Source: Nemertoderma westbladi (taxonomy: Eukaryota > Animalia > Xenacoelomorpha). From it: DNA of 64,000 nucleotides. Under the pieces are notes generated by a model. That model was not told where the DNA came from. It made no database searches and saw only the letters and a list, made by a program, of their open reading frames with translations. Of this stretch, positions 61,665 through 64,000 are shown in pieces (positions within the stretch are counted from its first letter, which is position 1; the number at the start of each line of letters is the position of its first letter). The DNA is taken from positions 33,800 through 97,799 of the forward strand of contig JAUCBJ010007520.1 of the NCBI GenBank assembly GCA_032718475.1, written 5' to 3'. A program made the translations under genes and the position numbers.

Positions 61665-62495
61665 CCGCAGTGTCGGGTGACTACAAAACAAAGACCAACG
61701 ACCCAAATAATAAAGACCTGTACAAATACAAAACACATGTTTAAATGTGCAGTTAAATCTCACCTCCGTGTGCAATGTAAAAATAGGTACAATAGTCCTA
61801 CAGTAAGTTATTAGTTTATTAATTATTTACTATTTATACTGTAATTACGTTTTATAATAAATTGTTCTGTACATTACATCTTTATCGTTGAGTCGGGCAT
61901 TGTCACGCTCTCGGTAAAGTTGTACATGTACATAGTGTAATTACGTTTTATATTGGTTTTAGGTTAGCGTAGTGTAATATTGTATTTGTAACCAAGTAAC
62001 ATAAAGGACCCCCTTGGAAATAAGCTGCAAAGCTTTAGGGGTAATCCTATATGTTATGTTGGACAATACCTTTATACCGGTACATTGTTTGGTGTATTTG
62101 TTATTGTTTTTACATAATGTATAAATAAATCTATCTATCTATGTGTTAACTCTCGTTTATTGTTTTGGTTCCCCAACACGCCTCTGTAACCTGCTTCTTT
62201 ACTAACCTGCTCCTTTTAATGACAATGTGACCTCACGCTCTCTGGCAATGGGACCTAAAGCTCTTTGGAACCTAATGCTCTTTGGGACGTAACGCGACTT
62301 TACCTCTTTGTTTTGTACAGGTCACAATGAGCGTTATGTACCATTGCTATTTAAAGGAGCATGTTAGTAAAGGAGCAAGTTACAGAGGCGTGACGGGGGA
62401 TCCAAAACAATTGACGAAAGTTAACACATGTAACAAGATTATGCAGGTCTTTATAATTGGGTCTTTGTTTTGTAGTCACCCCGCAGTGTCCGCGA
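61665..62495. mobile_element. MITE-like inverted-repeat element interrupted by a LINE 3'-end fragment (~61720-62142)
   Basis: GGGTGACTACAAAACAAAGACC (~61675) versus GGTCTTTGTTTTGTAGTCACCC (~62460); inner arms 62143-62225 and 62345-62430; insert reads FKCAVKSHL then AATAAA-(TCTA)n. Confidence 0.6.
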
Positions 62496-62559
62496 ATTAT
62501 ACATTGTAAAAAAATATTAAAAAAAATTTTATTATAAAAAAAAATATTATTGAAATTAA

Positions 62560-62760
62560 TTTCCGAAATTAACATCCCGAAATTAATTTATGGACGTCCA
62601 TATTTCATTACGATTCTGATTGGTTGATAGATTAATTTCGGGACGTCCATAAATTAATTTCGGGACGTCCATAAGTTAATTTCGGGACGTCCATAAGTTA
62701 ATTTCGGGACGTCCATATAGATAATTTCGAGACGTCCATAAATTAATTTCGGGACGTTCA
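62560..62760. repeat. Short tandem repeat of about 22 bp, TTAATTTCGGGACGTCCATA
   Basis: About 6-7 copies at 62580-62760. Confidence 0.85.
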
Positions 62761-63104
62761 GATTATTATACATACTCCTCCTTTAACGAAGCCCCATTCA
62801 ACTCCTTTTATAAGACTGTGTACTCTATCAATGCCTCAGTGGGTGGACTCCAGTACTGCAAGGCTCAGCGCCGGGTAAGTTAACAATCTGTCAATAATAA
62901 AAATGAAAGCGAGCCGACATTTAGTCAGATCCACCAAATGGATGGCCAAGGAGACAGAATGTCTGCATTGAGCTGATTCGTGTTAAATCGCTTCACCAAA
63001 ACGACAAAGTAGCCCATAGGAAAACACTACATTTTTTTGGTGATTTTGGTCATTTTGACCGCCAAAACGACCAAGTTAATGTTTATTGGGATTGGGACTG
63101 TATA

Positions 63105-63365
63105 ATATATGATTACTTCACTCCTACGCTACCTTGGCATGCTACCTAGTGGAGGTTCTCCTTTGCCCTTATTGGCTAACAACCTACTTCACACCTTTCC
63201 ACTCTCTGGGAGTGTTTCCCCTCTGTTGCTAGCCCCTGCTAGCTGTGTCCCATCCGAGGTGGTTTGACCTCTAACCTCCCTTTGTGTGTGGCTTCGGGGT
63301 TTGTACTGTCCCCCGATGTTGGTTGTGATACGAGATTAATTATTGCTAATCTTGTATCTCCAACA
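63105..63365 (-). mobile_element. Truncated inverted copy of the 46414 LTR-like sequence
   Basis: Reverse complement starts TGTTGGAGATACAAGATTAGCAATAATTAATCTCGTATCACAACCAACAT and includes AGAGGTCAAACCACCTCGGA. Confidence 0.7.
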
Positions 63366-64000
63366 TGTAAGTTTTTGTACTTACGGTGATTTTACATTAT
63401 ACAACCTGTATGTAAATACATATTTCAAGACACATACAGTATTTCAAAAAATCCATATGTGCGTTTTCTTATTATCTATGCGATGACAAAACACCGCAAG
63501 TCTTGTTGACTTACGGTTTTTTGGCATATATTTAAGTGACTTACGGTCTTTTACCTTTTTTTAGACCCAGAAAAAGTGAAAAAGTGAATTTTGGAAAAAT
63601 GCGACTTACGGTCTTTTCACATTGCACGGCAGAATTGGAATTGACACGCCACGCAACTAAGAGAGTTCCTGACTTATTTAGCCTGCATTGCGGACGAGTT
63701 TTTACAGTTGCTGACAAGAATCCAAGCCATTCCTTGAAGCGGATGCTGCAGGTGAGAATCATATGAATAACTGTGAAACTATAATGATAGGAAGTCCACC
63801 CAGTCTCTAAATCGTCAATAATAGTGTTTAATGGATAAAATTCAGAAGGAAACACAAACCCCAGTAGAAACACTACGACGAATTTGACTTGTTCCAGAAA
63901 GATTGTAATAACTACAGTAGTACCGATATTACTAATATTACTAGCCCATTTAAAAAATGTATTTTCTGTAATTTTGAGAAATTTAATGTGTAGTTTATGT

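Noticed and set aside
62560-62780. Crypton-like element suggested by TTCTGATTGG and short repeats
   Set aside because: No recombinase ORF or definable ends; reported only as a tandem repeat

Overview
Eukaryotic (invertebrate metazoan-like), AT-rich, transposon-dense window. The only host coding sequence I can support is five symmetric phase-1 exons on the minus strand (22.2-36.4 kb), each encoding one calcium-binding EGF module; four come from a two-exon cassette duplication. The rest is nested mobile DNA: (1) a 30-bp minisatellite hit by a CR1/L2-type LINE, which holds a TTAA piggyBac-like element, which holds a Sola-like transposon; (2) a young BEL/Pao element (10699-21578, near-identical 1215-bp LTRs, TSD GTTTC) with only gag-protease plus an accessory ORF; (3) a hAT-like fold-back element; (4) a CRE-like non-LTR element; (5) an IS3EU-type transposon containing a MULE-like element with a 68-bp satellite and an RTEX/Proto2-like LINE; (6) a tRNA-derived SINE; (7) a second, decayed BEL/Pao element (~47830-61561). 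Two observations stand out. Neither BEL/Pao element has a tRNA-type (TGG) primer-binding site; the bases right after each 5' LTR are the exact reverse complement of a segment inside its own LTR (12 nt and 9 nt), the geometry of tRNA-independent self-priming. The second element also carries a 3' accessory gene for a WRN/EXD-like DEDDy exonuclease fold fused to three zinc knuckles, with a diverged homologue trapped in the minisatellite at 0.66-1.4 kb. All family calls are by-eye motif recognition; no searches were run.
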